From Gammaproteobacteria bacterium (GTDB lineage Bacteria > Pseudomonadota > Gammaproteobacteria > Eutrophobiales > Eutrophobiaceae), in NCBI GenBank assembly GCA_963422205.2, contig CAXMWX010000012.1, positions 114,800 through 178,799 on the forward strand: 64,000 bases of DNA. Reading direction: 5' to 3'. How positions within the stretch are numbered: the stretch's first letter is position 1; each line of letters begins with the position of its first letter. Of the stretch, positions 35,699-45,499 are shown one piece after another. The position numbers and the translations under genes were made by a program. The notes below the pieces were generated by a model, which ran no database searches, was not told the DNA's origin, and saw only the letters and a program-made list of their open reading frames with translations.

Positions 35699-36210
35699 TC
35701 GCCTTCCCCCAACTCATCGACCAGCAAGGCATCCACCAGCTTGTCAATGTCACCCTCAACCGGACGGATAACGACCTGATCGCCGGCCCCCTCAATGGTT
35801 ATCCCTAAGCGCTTTAACTCAGCAGTCGGCAGCTTCTCCAGGGCATCCTTGTTAGGCTTCTCCTCGGTCTTGATCAACACCCCACACTCATCATCAAACA
35901 GTTGCTTGATCTTATTGATCACGCCTACCGCACTCTGCCATTTCAGTCGACCCTTGCCTTTACGGAACCCCACCTTGATGTCATGCAGGATGCGGGTGCG
36001 GGGTTTATCGAATAAGGCCGGCGCCTGTTCAATGGCGGCTTTGAGCTTGAGCTTGGCATCCGCTGCCTGGGAGATAAGCGCATTCAGCCTCTCTCGGCGC
36101 TGACGTTTGATGTGTTGTAACTCATCATCCAACTCGGTCGCAAAGCCAGCCAGCGCACGATGGGCCGCTGCATACTCAGCGGTTAGTTGTTCTATGGTGT
36201 GAATGTTCAT
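35695..36210 (-). CDS. Gam-like host-nuclease inhibitor
   Basis: Helical N-terminus, LFDKPRT...VGFRK, KTEEKPNKDAL. Confidence 0.75.
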   Translation of the reverse strand: MNIHTIEQLTAEYAAAHRALAGFATELDDELQHIKRQRRERLNALISQAADAKLKLKAAIEQAPALFDKPRTRILHDIKVGFRKGKGRLKWQSAVGVINKIKQLFDDECGVLIKTEEKPNKDALEKLPTAELKRLGITIEGAGDQVVIRPVEGDIDKLVDALLVDELGEGE

Positions 36211-36222
36211 GGTGTCCTCCTG

Positions 36223-36564
36223 TTATGTGGGTAGTTTCAGTTGGCCGGCCAGATCAGGCAGTGATATGCGCTTCATGGCCGAGATTTGGGTAAGGGAAGT
36301 CATTGCCCGCTCATAGAGAAATAGGCAGGCTTCATTTAACTCTGCTGGGCTTCGGCACAGGTAATAACCGGTTGAGGGATGTGCGCCGATATGATGTCCC
36401 TCATGGCGTAACTCAACGATCACCTGCCGCAACTGCCGCTCATCCAGCAGGCAGAACATATCGCCGGATATTTTTCGTACCAGGCGGGCAGCGCTGATGC
36501 CGTTTTCCTTGCCGATGTGTTCACGCAAGGCGACCAGTACAGTATCGCGGGTGATAGTGTTCAT
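36223..36564 (-). CDS. Winged-HTH phage protein
   Basis: HIGKENGISA..L...ERQLRQVIVELRHEG..I.....GYY. Confidence 0.7.
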   Translation of the reverse strand: MNTITRDTVLVALREHIGKENGISAARLVRKISGDMFCLLDERQLRQVIVELRHEGHHIGAHPSTGYYLCRSPAELNEACLFLYERAMTSLTQISAMKRISLPDLAGQLKLPT

Positions 36565-37364
36565 ACGCCACACATCCCCTCGCATTCATTGCCGAACAGA
36601 TCGATCTGGTGATCATCGGCTTGGGTGAGATCGATCTCATCCAGCGGCTGTCTGCTGTCATTGATAAACAACTGATGCTGAACACCTCTGACCCCTGTGC
36701 GTATCAGTGCATCTATCTTGACTGCCCGGTCGAACTCATCGGGGTGGTTGTCTTTGATCCAGCGCCAGGATGTACGTGAATGATAGGGGCAGAAGTAGCA
36801 GGCGGAACGGGCCGGTTCAGGATAGCCGTGCTGCTCCATCCATTGGTAGCAGTCATGACGGGTTATTCTGTTATCCACCAGGGGATAGATGCTTTTAATG
36901 TAATGCTGTGGGGATGGCTTCATGCGGTGCGCCTCATCCAGGGAGATGCCCACCCACTGAATGACCTGCATGCCTTTCCTAGCTCGCTCACCTGGCTTTA
37001 GCCCTAGCAACTCACGGGTCTTTTGTATGATCGGCTTGAGCTTAAAATGGCTGGTACACTGGCGGCGCAGGATGCCTTTTTTACTACCAGGCGATAAGGC
37101 AAAGAACGGGATGGCGGGATACCATTTATCCGCTGTGAACGAGTCGTGTATGGCTTGCTCTAAGCCCTTATCCTGCATCACCCGGTATACCAAAAAAGGC
37201 AACTGCCGCTCCAGCCAGTCATAGACGTAACCCGGCTCGGCACCCGTGTCGGCAAAGATGGCCGCATCCGGCATCGGGGTCAACTCACCTGATGCGGTCA
37301 TCAACGCCATAGCCGATGACTGCACGCCAGCCCCTAAGGAGATGATGTTCAAGGGTTCAGCCAC
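36561..37364 (-). CDS. PAPS-reductase-like (PP-loop) phage protein
   Basis: ISLGAGVQSS, IFADTGAE, RQCTSHFKLKPI, GISLDEAHR, SACYFCPY, CEGMC. Confidence 0.75.
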   Translation of the reverse strand: MAEPLNIISLGAGVQSSAMALMTASGELTPMPDAAIFADTGAEPGYVYDWLERQLPFLVYRVMQDKGLEQAIHDSFTADKWYPAIPFFALSPGSKKGILRRQCTSHFKLKPIIQKTRELLGLKPGERARKGMQVIQWVGISLDEAHRMKPSPQHYIKSIYPLVDNRITRHDCYQWMEQHGYPEPARSACYFCPYHSRTSWRWIKDNHPDEFDRAVKIDALIRTGVRGVQHQLFINDSRQPLDEIDLTQADDHQIDLFGNECEGMCGV

Positions 37365-37675
37365 GACACCACCGGATGATATTCATGGGCAGGTTAAACA
37401 GCCACCAGGCGGTATAGGCCACACTCACCAGCAGGACAATAGCGATGACCATCAGCGACATGATGCTGACCGCCAGGACGTCAATGATGAGCGTCATCGT
37501 GTTCATTGACCTTGTATCTGCCCCGGTGTGATTGATGACTTACCAAAGCACACCGCCCAGAGATACTTCTCCGGGGACTGCAAAAACCGGATAAAGGTCA
37601 GGCCGGGATAACGCTGACGGAGATGGTTGGCACGGAAGATCTCGGCCCAGCGGTCAAGGGTGATATCGTCCATCG

Positions 37676-38860
37676 CTACACCCCCTTAATGATCTCGGCA
37701 TTGATACGGGCAGCGCCCATCTCAGCGGCCAGGTTCAAGCACTTGACCACAGTGTTATTGACAATCAAGGGATAGTGCATGGCCAGCGTCTGATGGCTGC
37801 CCCGCCGGTGTAGCGTTAAGCGCTGCCGGATGGCATCAAAGGCATCGGCTTCAAAGATGTCTTTGGTCGCTTTACCGATGCGATCAAACTTGAGTTTAAG
37901 ATAGGCTTCCAGGTCACCATTTAAGGGTTCAAGCTCGGCCACCTCACAGCGGCGGATGACTTCCCTGGCTTCAAAATTCTGTCGCTCATCCAGTTTGTTC
38001 GCCAACTCCGGCTGGCCGATCAGGATGATGGCTAACAACTTCTTAAAGCCGTCCTCCAGTTCCCAGAAACGCTTCAGGTACTTCAGAGTCTTGACATGTA
38101 AATCATGTGCCTCTTCGATAATCAACGCATGGGCATAGCCGCCCCGGGAAGCGTTAATCAGCATCTGCTCCACGCATCGTGAGCGGCTTTCCAGGGACAG
38201 TCCCACCCGGGCCTCAGGACTGACATCCTTGATGATGGCCTCACAGATACTGCCTGCCGTTAAACGGGTCTTATCAAAGCTGCGCGGCTGGATGATGGTG
38301 ATCGGATGGCCTTCTCTACGGATGCGGTCAATCAGATCACGGCGCAGGATGGACTTACCCGCCCCGCTCTCACCGATGACAGCCAGAAAGCCGCCGTGCC
38401 TGGCGGTATTGAACAGGGTCTCTCGGATATAGCGCTGCTCGGTTGACAAGAAGACATCATCCGGGCTTTGTACATCATCCTCAAAGGGGTTTTGAAATAA
38501 CTTGAAATGTTTCTTGGCATGTTGTGTCAGCATATCGTTCTCCGGTAGTTGGTCTGTGAATGATGTGGTGGTATTCGGTGATGCGGTACGGCGGTCAGCT
38601 ACAGCAGGGGCATCGCTCTCCCAAATGCCGACCATGTCATGATCAGCAACACCACAGGCACGCAGGTAGTCCTCGGTTTGTTGTCTGACTGACTTGGCAG
38701 GCGTGGCCTTGGGATAGGTGTTACTGTTCAGCAGCAGGCTGGCGGCGGCCGGCGATAGTGAGCGTCCCTTACCATTACCGCCACCCTGAATGACATGACT
38801 TGCCCAGTCACGCTGGGCAATGCTGTATTTAACCAGTATGCTTTTCAGTCTTAACGGCAT
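37676..38860 (-). CDS. Transposition AAA ATPase (ExeA/MuB-like, B3 type)
   Basis: GESGAGKS Walker A, IIEEAH Walker B, LIGQPEL; adjacent to the transposase. Confidence 0.9.
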   Translation of the reverse strand: MPLRLKSILVKYSIAQRDWASHVIQGGGNGKGRSLSPAAASLLLNSNTYPKATPAKSVRQQTEDYLRACGVADHDMVGIWESDAPAVADRRTASPNTTTSFTDQLPENDMLTQHAKKHFKLFQNPFEDDVQSPDDVFLSTEQRYIRETLFNTARHGGFLAVIGESGAGKSILRRDLIDRIRREGHPITIIQPRSFDKTRLTAGSICEAIIKDVSPEARVGLSLESRSRCVEQMLINASRGGYAHALIIEEAHDLHVKTLKYLKRFWELEDGFKKLLAIILIGQPELANKLDERQNFEAREVIRRCEVAELEPLNGDLEAYLKLKFDRIGKATKDIFEADAFDAIRQRLTLHRRGSHQTLAMHYPLIVNNTVVKCLNLAAEMGAARINAEIIKGV

Positions 38861-40638
38861 GATTGCTTCCTTGCGATGCAGCCCGGATCATCACGCAGCA
38901 TGGCTATCAACGTGTCCAGCACAGTCTCGGTGATGCCGTCTGGATAGTCAGAGGTCATCAGTTCGTAGTAGTTGATATCTTCCCGCCGGCCTAACGCCGC
39001 CAGCAGCCGTTTACAGGCTTCAGTCGGGCTTAACAATCGATCGTGTTTCTCTACCCGGTCAGGCACAGGTAACTCACTGCCGGGCCGGCGCATAAAGGCC
39101 GGTGCGACCACATCCTTAAGATGCGAGTGCGCATCTATCTGCCCGTTGAATGGCACAGCATTCTTTGCCCTGACTTTCTCGATCTCTTCCAATGACAGGT
39201 CGGGAAAAGCCGCCTTGTCCAATTCTCTGCCGGCTTTCTCTATGCGGGTATCGGGCTTAGGCCTTTATTCCTGCCCAAACACCGGCCCGGCCACAGGCAT
39301 CCCGTCAAAGGTGTTAATGGCGACAGGCTCGATGAGGTACTCGTGGCTTTCGCCCTTGTAGTCCTCGCAAATGATGCGTACCGGATGGTTGCCGTAGATT
39401 AACGGGGCAACCTTAACAATGGCGCCTGGGTAGACATGCTCAATATGCGATACGTCATAGCGGCAGGATTGTCTGGAGGTCGGGTGCTTAAAGCTAATCG
39501 TGCCGTTGGCGCGTACCTGCCGCTCTTGCGAATCGGCAGATAAGAGTTGCCGGCAGACAGCCTCATCAGGCAGCAGCCTGAGTTGCTCTTGCCGGATGAC
39601 TTGCCAGAGCGCATAACGGGCTTTTGGCTCAGTCATCCCCTGGCGGTTAAGTCGGGCATCATATTCAGGCAGCGCATCGGCATTGTAAGCGTTATACCAA
39701 TACTCAACTGCCGTATTTAACTCATCCACATTGCTAACAGGCTCATAGCGCAGACGGGATTCAAACAGCTTCTCCACCCGGTTGTTCGCCTCTTCCACCG
39801 CGCCCTTGCCACGCGGGTTGCCAGCCTTATGTGTATCGTGCTTCACATCCAGTGCGTTCAGGGCGTTCTGAATAGCTTGCGAGGTATTGGCAGCCCCCTT
39901 GTCCCAGTACAGCATGGTCGGCACACCATGAAACAAACGCCCATCACACTGCTTCCAGGCATACAGCAGGAAGTCATACAGATTGGCTTGCGTCTCTCCC
40001 CTGGCCTGGTAGTAACGGACAATGATGGTGTTGGAGTAATGATCGACCAAGACATAGCGCCAGACCCGTAAGCGTTCAATGGGCGACAGGTTATCCGGTT
40101 TGTTCTTGTAGAACGTATCCTCATCCATGATGTGCTGGCTGCCGTCTTTTAAGTAGTAGATAAGGCACAAGGACGGGTCAACCTGATGCACATGATTGGG
40201 ATGTAAGGAAGCCAAGTCCTGATGCGGTGGTGGTTGTTTCTGCATCGCTGTACTCTTGCACTGCTGTCTGAGTAACCGGTTAAGCTGGGCATTACCCACC
40301 TTGAACTCATGACCATTGGCCGCCAGCATGGAGCGGGCATTGGGCGTCTGCATGGTGGCTTTGCCGTTCTTGCGTATGCCTAAACGTAAGGTGGCCGCCA
40401 GCTTGTTCAGTGCCGTCTCATCCTGCGAGGTCGTGCCTTTGTCTGTCCGCCGCTTGCGACCACCGCGCCAACCGATGCTCTTCAGCCGCCGATAGACGGA
40501 CTGCACCGACAGGCCATAGTGCCGGGCATATTCACTCACCAGAGCGCCACGCTTACCAAAGGGCGCATCATCCAACTCCCGTGCCAAGGCTCTTAAGGCA
40601 TCCTGGATGTGCAGCGTGATAGGCTCGCTAATCGGCAT
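38851..40638 (-). pseudogene. DDE transposase (MuA/B3-like) interrupted by in-frame TAA at 39265
   Basis: RKRRTDKG, HQVDPSLC, YWDKGAAN, KGAVE; FGQE*RPKPD continues in frame to 38851. Confidence 0.88.
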
Positions 40639-40654
40639 GGAAGCTGACCGCTGC

Positions 40655-41623
40655 CTAGGCGTCCTTCGAGGGTGGCGGCGAGTTAGGATTGTCCGGGTCA
40701 AACAACGGGGTGGGATCGTCCGGATTGAACATCGGCCTGGCCTTGTTCTTATATCCCCGGAACACTTCATGGCAGCGGTGCATCAACTCATTGGCATGGT
40801 TGAACACTTGAGAACACGCGTCATAGTAGACCACCGCCATCGCATCAAAGGCGACATCGGACATCTCGCCATGTTCCATGTTGTGGTTCGGCTCAAAATT
40901 CAAGATGGCATCACGGAAGACATCTAGCTTCTCTAAGCCCTTCAACACATCATAAGCAGCTACTGTGACATCAATGTTGAGCGGCTGCACCGCCTTCGGC
41001 CAGTTAGCCTGCTGTATGTCCTTCTCGTGCAGCTTCCTGTCCAATTCATTCAGTTTCTCATCCTTGCGCTGTAACTGTTTATCGTGGACTTCCTTGTCGT
41101 GCTTCACCTTGTCCTTGACCTTGCGTAATTCGGTACGAAGTTCACGGGTAGACATCCTGTCAATATCATCCAGGGTCATGCCTGCCACTGTGCCACCCTT
41201 GTCCAGTTCGTCCAGAGATTCGTCATCCAGGGTAGCGAGCTCAAGGAGCTTACTGCGGTTAATAGAAGAAGCTGCGATATTTTTCTTGGTGGAAAACTTC
41301 GTGGCAGCAGACATGAAGCGCCTCGCCATGCGGGGATCAATATCGATTTGTGTTTTCAGCACCTCTTCAAACTTGCCGTGTGGCAGATGCTCTTTGATGC
41401 GGGTCAATTCTCGCCCACCAGTGAGTAATAACTCTGCCGCGCCAGTGAATGCACCCCGCGTTCGCTGAATAGATCGCTCTAGATTGAAAGGTTCACCATC
41501 ACCGAACACCTCCTCAACCTGCCTTAACCTAGCCGCCTCTTTATCCAAGGCTTTCATGTCTTCTTCCATGACTTCTGTATTAGTGCTGTCTTTTGTGACT
41601 ACTCTTTTTGATTTTGGCATCAA
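40655..41623 (-). CDS. DUF3102-family protein
   Basis: GRELTRIKEHLPHGKF...ARRFM, SKLLELA, DDIDRMSTRELR. Confidence 0.8.
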   Translation of the reverse strand: MMPKSKRVVTKDSTNTEVMEEDMKALDKEAARLRQVEEVFGDGEPFNLERSIQRTRGAFTGAAELLLTGGRELTRIKEHLPHGKFEEVLKTQIDIDPRMARRFMSAATKFSTKKNIAASSINRSKLLELATLDDESLDELDKGGTVAGMTLDDIDRMSTRELRTELRKVKDKVKHDKEVHDKQLQRKDEKLNELDRKLHEKDIQQANWPKAVQPLNIDVTVAAYDVLKGLEKLDVFRDAILNFEPNHNMEHGEMSDVAFDAMAVVYYDACSQVFNHANELMHRCHEVFRGYKNKARPMFNPDDPTPLFDPDNPNSPPPSKDA

Positions 41624-41645
41624 GGCTGCTCCTCATAGTTAAGGG

Positions 41646-41671
41646 CAAAACGGATCACGTGATCCGTTTTG
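41646..41671. promoter_or_regulatory. Perfect 26-bp palindrome upstream of the DUF3102 gene
   Basis: CAAAACGGATCACGTGATCCGTTTTG. Confidence 0.75.
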
Positions 41672-41705
41672 AATACGTGAAACTCTTTCAGAATATAAGA
41701 CATGC

Positions 41706-42014
41706 TCATGTCCGATCCCGCGTGTAGCGTTGCTCAATCTCGGATAACTTGCGTTGCTTTTGATTGAGGTTGTTCAGCATCGCCATCGCTATCTGCGGCA
41801 CCTTGGGTGTCAATCTCCAGCGTTTGGTCTCCAGCAACTGCTCGGCCAGGCCAGCCAGTGCCAGGTTAGCCAGATCATGAGTTACTTGGCTGGGCTTGAT
41901 ATTCAGGCTGTCGGCAATCTGTTGAGGGGCGAGGCCGTCTACCTCATGGCCACCCAGAATGAGCAGGACTTTGAGAATGCGCTGCTGGGGAGCCGATCGG
42001 TATTGCTCGCTCAT
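41706..42014 (-). CDS. IclR-like HTH phage protein
   Basis: RILKVL..L...GL....IA..L......VTHDLANL...GLAE......WRL. Confidence 0.75.
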   Translation of the reverse strand: MSEQYRSAPQQRILKVLLILGGHEVDGLAPQQIADSLNIKPSQVTHDLANLALAGLAEQLLETKRWRLTPKVPQIAMAMLNNLNQKQRKLSEIEQRYTRDRT

Positions 42015-42025
42015 GGTGTATCCAT

Positions 42026-42089
42026 AAAAACACCCACCGCACCGGAGGCTGTGTCACTGCTAGGGGAAGCATGGCCCGGTGCGGTGGGT
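42026..42089 (-). terminator. Long hairpin with T-run in the early operon (terminator/attenuator)
   Basis: 14-bp perfect stem acccaccgcaccgg/ccggtgcggtgggt followed by gttttt on the minus strand. Confidence 0.55.
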
Positions 42090-42144
42090 AAAGGGGTCGC
42101 AGACTGTTTAGGAGTTAAGTAAGTGATCTGCGGCTGTAAAAAGA

Positions 42145-42408
42145 TCATGCGCTTTTTCTCTTTTCCAGAAGGAACAGGACAGTCTCTCGGTCTGCACCAT
42201 CAATGATGGCCTCCATCGCTTGACTGGCTTTAGGGCCTCGCCATACCCCATGCAGCGCAGCGCGGGCGTTTTCTCGGTTGATATCGTTTGCATCACACCA
42301 ACTGGCGAACGTCTTACCCTGCGCACGGAAGGCACCGATCACCGCCTGATAGAGATGCAAAGATGGTTCAATCTTTGCCAGGACATTGTCCTTTTGGGAT
42401 AATTGCAT
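42145..42408 (-). CDS. Ner/Cro-like DNA-binding protein
   Basis: FRAQGKTFASWCDANDINRENARAALHG; divergent from the repressor. Confidence 0.75.
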   Translation of the reverse strand: MQLSQKDNVLAKIEPSLHLYQAVIGAFRAQGKTFASWCDANDINRENARAALHGVWRGPKASQAMEAIIDGADRETVLFLLEKRKSA

Positions 42409-42455
42409 TACCTTTAATCTCCACACTATGTGTAACTAAAAGAGATAATTACCCA

Positions 42456-43829
42456 ATGAGTGTCAAAAATCAAGGGAAAATTTACACAAAACGGGTCATA
42501 TCGGCAGCAGACATCCTAGATCGGCTTTCTTCCACACTTGAAGTGGAAAATGACTCTCAATTAGCGCGTGCAATTGGAGAAAGGCGCTCAACTGTTGGAA
42601 ATTGGCGTAACCGGAACTTGCCAGCCGCCACAATTATTGAGATTGCAGGGCAGCACGACATATCATTGGATTACCTGTTTTATGGTAAACATGAAAGCAG
42701 CGCATCCCGTGGGGATCGGCATGACAAGGTCACTGAATTGCCCCCCGCCTATGAGCCTACCCCGCTCACCTTTATTGCGACAGAGTTGCCGTTCAATGGC
42801 CGTGCGCAATGCGGCATGGATGTGCAGAAACATCGCCACTATGTTGCCCCGATCACTGAGGATGAGTTGCCAGAACCGGAGGGCTTAAGCGATGATCCGG
42901 ATGTGTTTTATGTCGTGGCTGAAGGGACATCCATGATCCCGGAAGGTATCTCGCCGGGGGACTACTGCCTTATCTCGCCCAATACCCCACTGGCAGTGGG
43001 CCAGAGGCTGTGGATGGATGATGGCAATGGCACCGGACGCATCAAGCGTTTGCTAGGTTTTACTGACACGGACTTGACGCTGCGGGGCTGGGGTGAGCCG
43101 AACACAGGCCGGGTGGGCAGCGTGAATGAGCAAGCCAAGCGGAGCTTTATTACTCGCCAGGGTGCCGTGGTGGGGGTATTCCAGGATAAGCCGAAGGCGG
43201 GGATGACAGCTATACCAGCCCCTGACCCACGGGCGTATGAGTGGCAGCAGGCGCCGTTAGCACCGCCTGTCAAAGGCGTTGAGAAAACGGCTGTTGAGGA
43301 TCACACTCAGGGGCTGGTACGTGCGGTGCATGAGGCGGGGGGCGACCCGATACCGGATGATCTGCGTGATGTATTACTGCCTGGTACTGCGGTGGCTGAG
43401 GATAACGACACCCCGCCAGCGGCTAGGCCCGTGCCTGTGGTGGAGATACAAGCAGCTGCAGGCGGCGGCATGGCGATTGATCTGGAACAGACCACCGGTC
43501 AGTTATGGTTTCGCCGTGACTGGCTGGACGAATACGGCCTTGATGCTACTCAATGCGCCATCATCGGAGTAGCAGGTGAGAGCATGGAGCCGACCCTGGT
43601 GGAGGGGGCGAAGATACTGGTCAATCGCTTGTGCACGGACTGGCGGGCTGATACGATTTACGTTGTCCGCACAGGCGATGGTCTGGTGGTTAAGCGGGCG
43701 GGGCAAGATGAGACTGGCCAGCGACTGATGGTGAGTGATCATCCGGCTTGGGAGGATATTCCCCTGCCTGCTGATGCCGAGGTGATTGGCGAGGTGGTAT
43801 GGACGGCGCGGACGTTGCGCGGGCAGTGA
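42456..43829 (+). CDS. CI-like repressor: HTH plus two S24 peptidase domains
   Basis: DSQLARAIGERRSTVGNWRNR HTH; EGTSMIPEGI...IKRL and GESMEPTL...VKR; start uncertain. Confidence 0.85.
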   Translation: MSVKNQGKIYTKRVISAADILDRLSSTLEVENDSQLARAIGERRSTVGNWRNRNLPAATIIEIAGQHDISLDYLFYGKHESSASRGDRHDKVTELPPAYEPTPLTFIATELPFNGRAQCGMDVQKHRHYVAPITEDELPEPEGLSDDPDVFYVVAEGTSMIPEGISPGDYCLISPNTPLAVGQRLWMDDGNGTGRIKRLLGFTDTDLTLRGWGEPNTGRVGSVNEQAKRSFITRQGAVVGVFQDKPKAGMTAIPAPDPRAYEWQQAPLAPPVKGVEKTAVEDHTQGLVRAVHEAGGDPIPDDLRDVLLPGTAVAEDNDTPPAARPVPVVEIQAAAGGGMAIDLEQTTGQLWFRRDWLDEYGLDATQCAIIGVAGESMEPTLVEGAKILVNRLCTDWRADTIYVVRTGDGLVVKRAGQDETGQRLMVSDHPAWEDIPLPADAEVIGEVVWTARTLRGQ

Positions 43830-43901
43830 TAACCTGCAGTCAAACCCCGAAAAAACTGCTAAACCATATTGCATGTGATCAATTAAGAGAGGCCTGCCGC
43901 C

Positions 43902-44495
43902 ATGAGCGATCAGGGGAAATCTGAAACTGGTGCAAACAAAAATCAGTCAGATGAGTTGGTCACAGTGAATATCGCCGGCCCAGTAGATATTCGCCCCCAT
44001 GAATCTCGCATTGAGAAGTCTTTCAAATATCTGGCGCTTGTCATATCGGTAGCAGCCTTAATCATTTCTGGCTTGACTGCCTACTGGTCTCGACAGGCCA
44101 ATATTCTTTCAGTGCGACCGAAGCTGAATTATCACTATCAGAAATCGGTATCGAATAATGATGATTTGGTTGGTCTGTTTCTTGATAATGCGGGAGTAGG
44201 CCCCGCTGTGATCAAGTTGTTCCAGATTAAGTATAAAGGGCAATATGTCGACAATTGGGATAATGTTGTCCAGCCTCTATTACACAAGGTTTTCATTGAA
44301 AACCGACCGAGCTACAACACTTTGTTTGAAGATGACATGATGAAGGTAGGGGGGTGTCTTAATCTGTTGACCACACCTCAGAAAAGAATAGCAAAGGGAA
44401 ATGGTCGTGACCTTATGAATGATCTTTTTCAGAAGCAGCTTGATGTAGAGATTGTGTATTGCTCAATTTATGACATTTGTTACCGCACATGCTGA
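43902..44495 (+). CDS. Hypothetical membrane-anchored cargo protein
   Basis: One TM (LALVISVAALIISGLTAY), RPKL, NAGVGPAVI; AT-rich. Confidence 0.65.
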   Translation: MSDQGKSETGANKNQSDELVTVNIAGPVDIRPHESRIEKSFKYLALVISVAALIISGLTAYWSRQANILSVRPKLNYHYQKSVSNNDDLVGLFLDNAGVGPAVIKLFQIKYKGQYVDNWDNVVQPLLHKVFIENRPSYNTLFEDDMMKVGGCLNLLTTPQKRIAKGNGRDLMNDLFQKQLDVEIVYCSIYDICYRTC

Positions 44496-44660
44496 CTGAA
44501 TCCGGAGTGCAAAAACAAGGCAATACCGATCGGGAAATACAGGGCTTATCAAAAATAAGCTGGCCAGTGACCTATTCAATAAGGAAACGTGTTATCTAAT
44601 AGAGCTTAGGACTAACTTCAAACATTCAATTACTTATCTAATGTATAGGGGGAGAAAGTC

Positions 44661-45470
44661 ATGCGATATCTGTTAATTCTGCTGTTTTCGTTATTTATTT
44701 CCGTGGAAATTTATAGCAACGAGGAAATAAGCAGAAGCGGTGGCGGCGAACCAATCTCATATAGACCATATAGCGTTGGCGGTGGCGGCGAGGAGATCCC
44801 ACCTAAAGACTGGCAAGGCTTAATGATAGCCCCTGAAAATCGCTGTTCACCTTACGATAAGAAAAAGGACTATCCCTACACACAGTCGGTTGAGCAGCAG
44901 ATTGTCGCTGAGATGGGTGGTCGTATTTATGGCCCTTACACAGGGCGGACATTCACCGATACGGGGCAGACCGATATTGAGCATATCGTGGCTGCTTCGG
45001 AGGCGCATGACAGCGGCTTGTGTGCAGCGAGTGCAGCAACCCGAAAGGCATTTGCTCAAGACACGCTTAACCTGACGCTGGCCAGCCCAGAAGTGAACCG
45101 CTATCAAAAGCGTGGCAAGGATGCAGCCGAGTGGCTACCGGACAAAAACCAGTGCTGGTTTGCTGATCGCATTGTTCAGGTGCGGCAGAAGTATCATCTC
45201 ACTATTGACAGGCAAGAGGCTGAGATGTTGGAGAGTGTGTTATCTGAGTGTAGTTCGGTGGAGATGGTGTTTTATGCTGATGATGCTCCGGTCGTTGCGC
45301 CTGAACCGGCTGAGGATACTGTTGATGCGCTGTTGTTATGGGATGACAATGGCAATGGTCGGATTACTTGTGCTGAGGCCAAGCGTCACGGGATTGCGCC
45401 AGTGCCGAGCGACCATCCGGCTTATCGTTATATGCGGGATGGGGACGGCGATGGCATGGTGTGTGAGTGA
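44661..45470 (+). CDS. Secreted HNH (DUF1524-like) nuclease with Excalibur Ca-binding domain
   Basis: Signal peptide; GPYTG, DIEHIVA..EAHDSG, NL..ASPEVNRYQK, W.P; C-terminal C.EAK..G..P.....PAY...DGDGDGMVCE. Confidence 0.8.
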   Translation: MRYLLILLFSLFISVEIYSNEEISRSGGGEPISYRPYSVGGGGEEIPPKDWQGLMIAPENRCSPYDKKKDYPYTQSVEQQIVAEMGGRIYGPYTGRTFTDTGQTDIEHIVAASEAHDSGLCAASAATRKAFAQDTLNLTLASPEVNRYQKRGKDAAEWLPDKNQCWFADRIVQVRQKYHLTIDRQEAEMLESVLSECSSVEMVFYADDAPVVAPEPAEDTVDALLLWDDNGNGRITCAEAKRHGIAPVPSDHPAYRYMRDGDGDGMVCE

Positions 45471-45499
45471 AAGTTTGAGTCTTTTTACAAATAGGGGGA

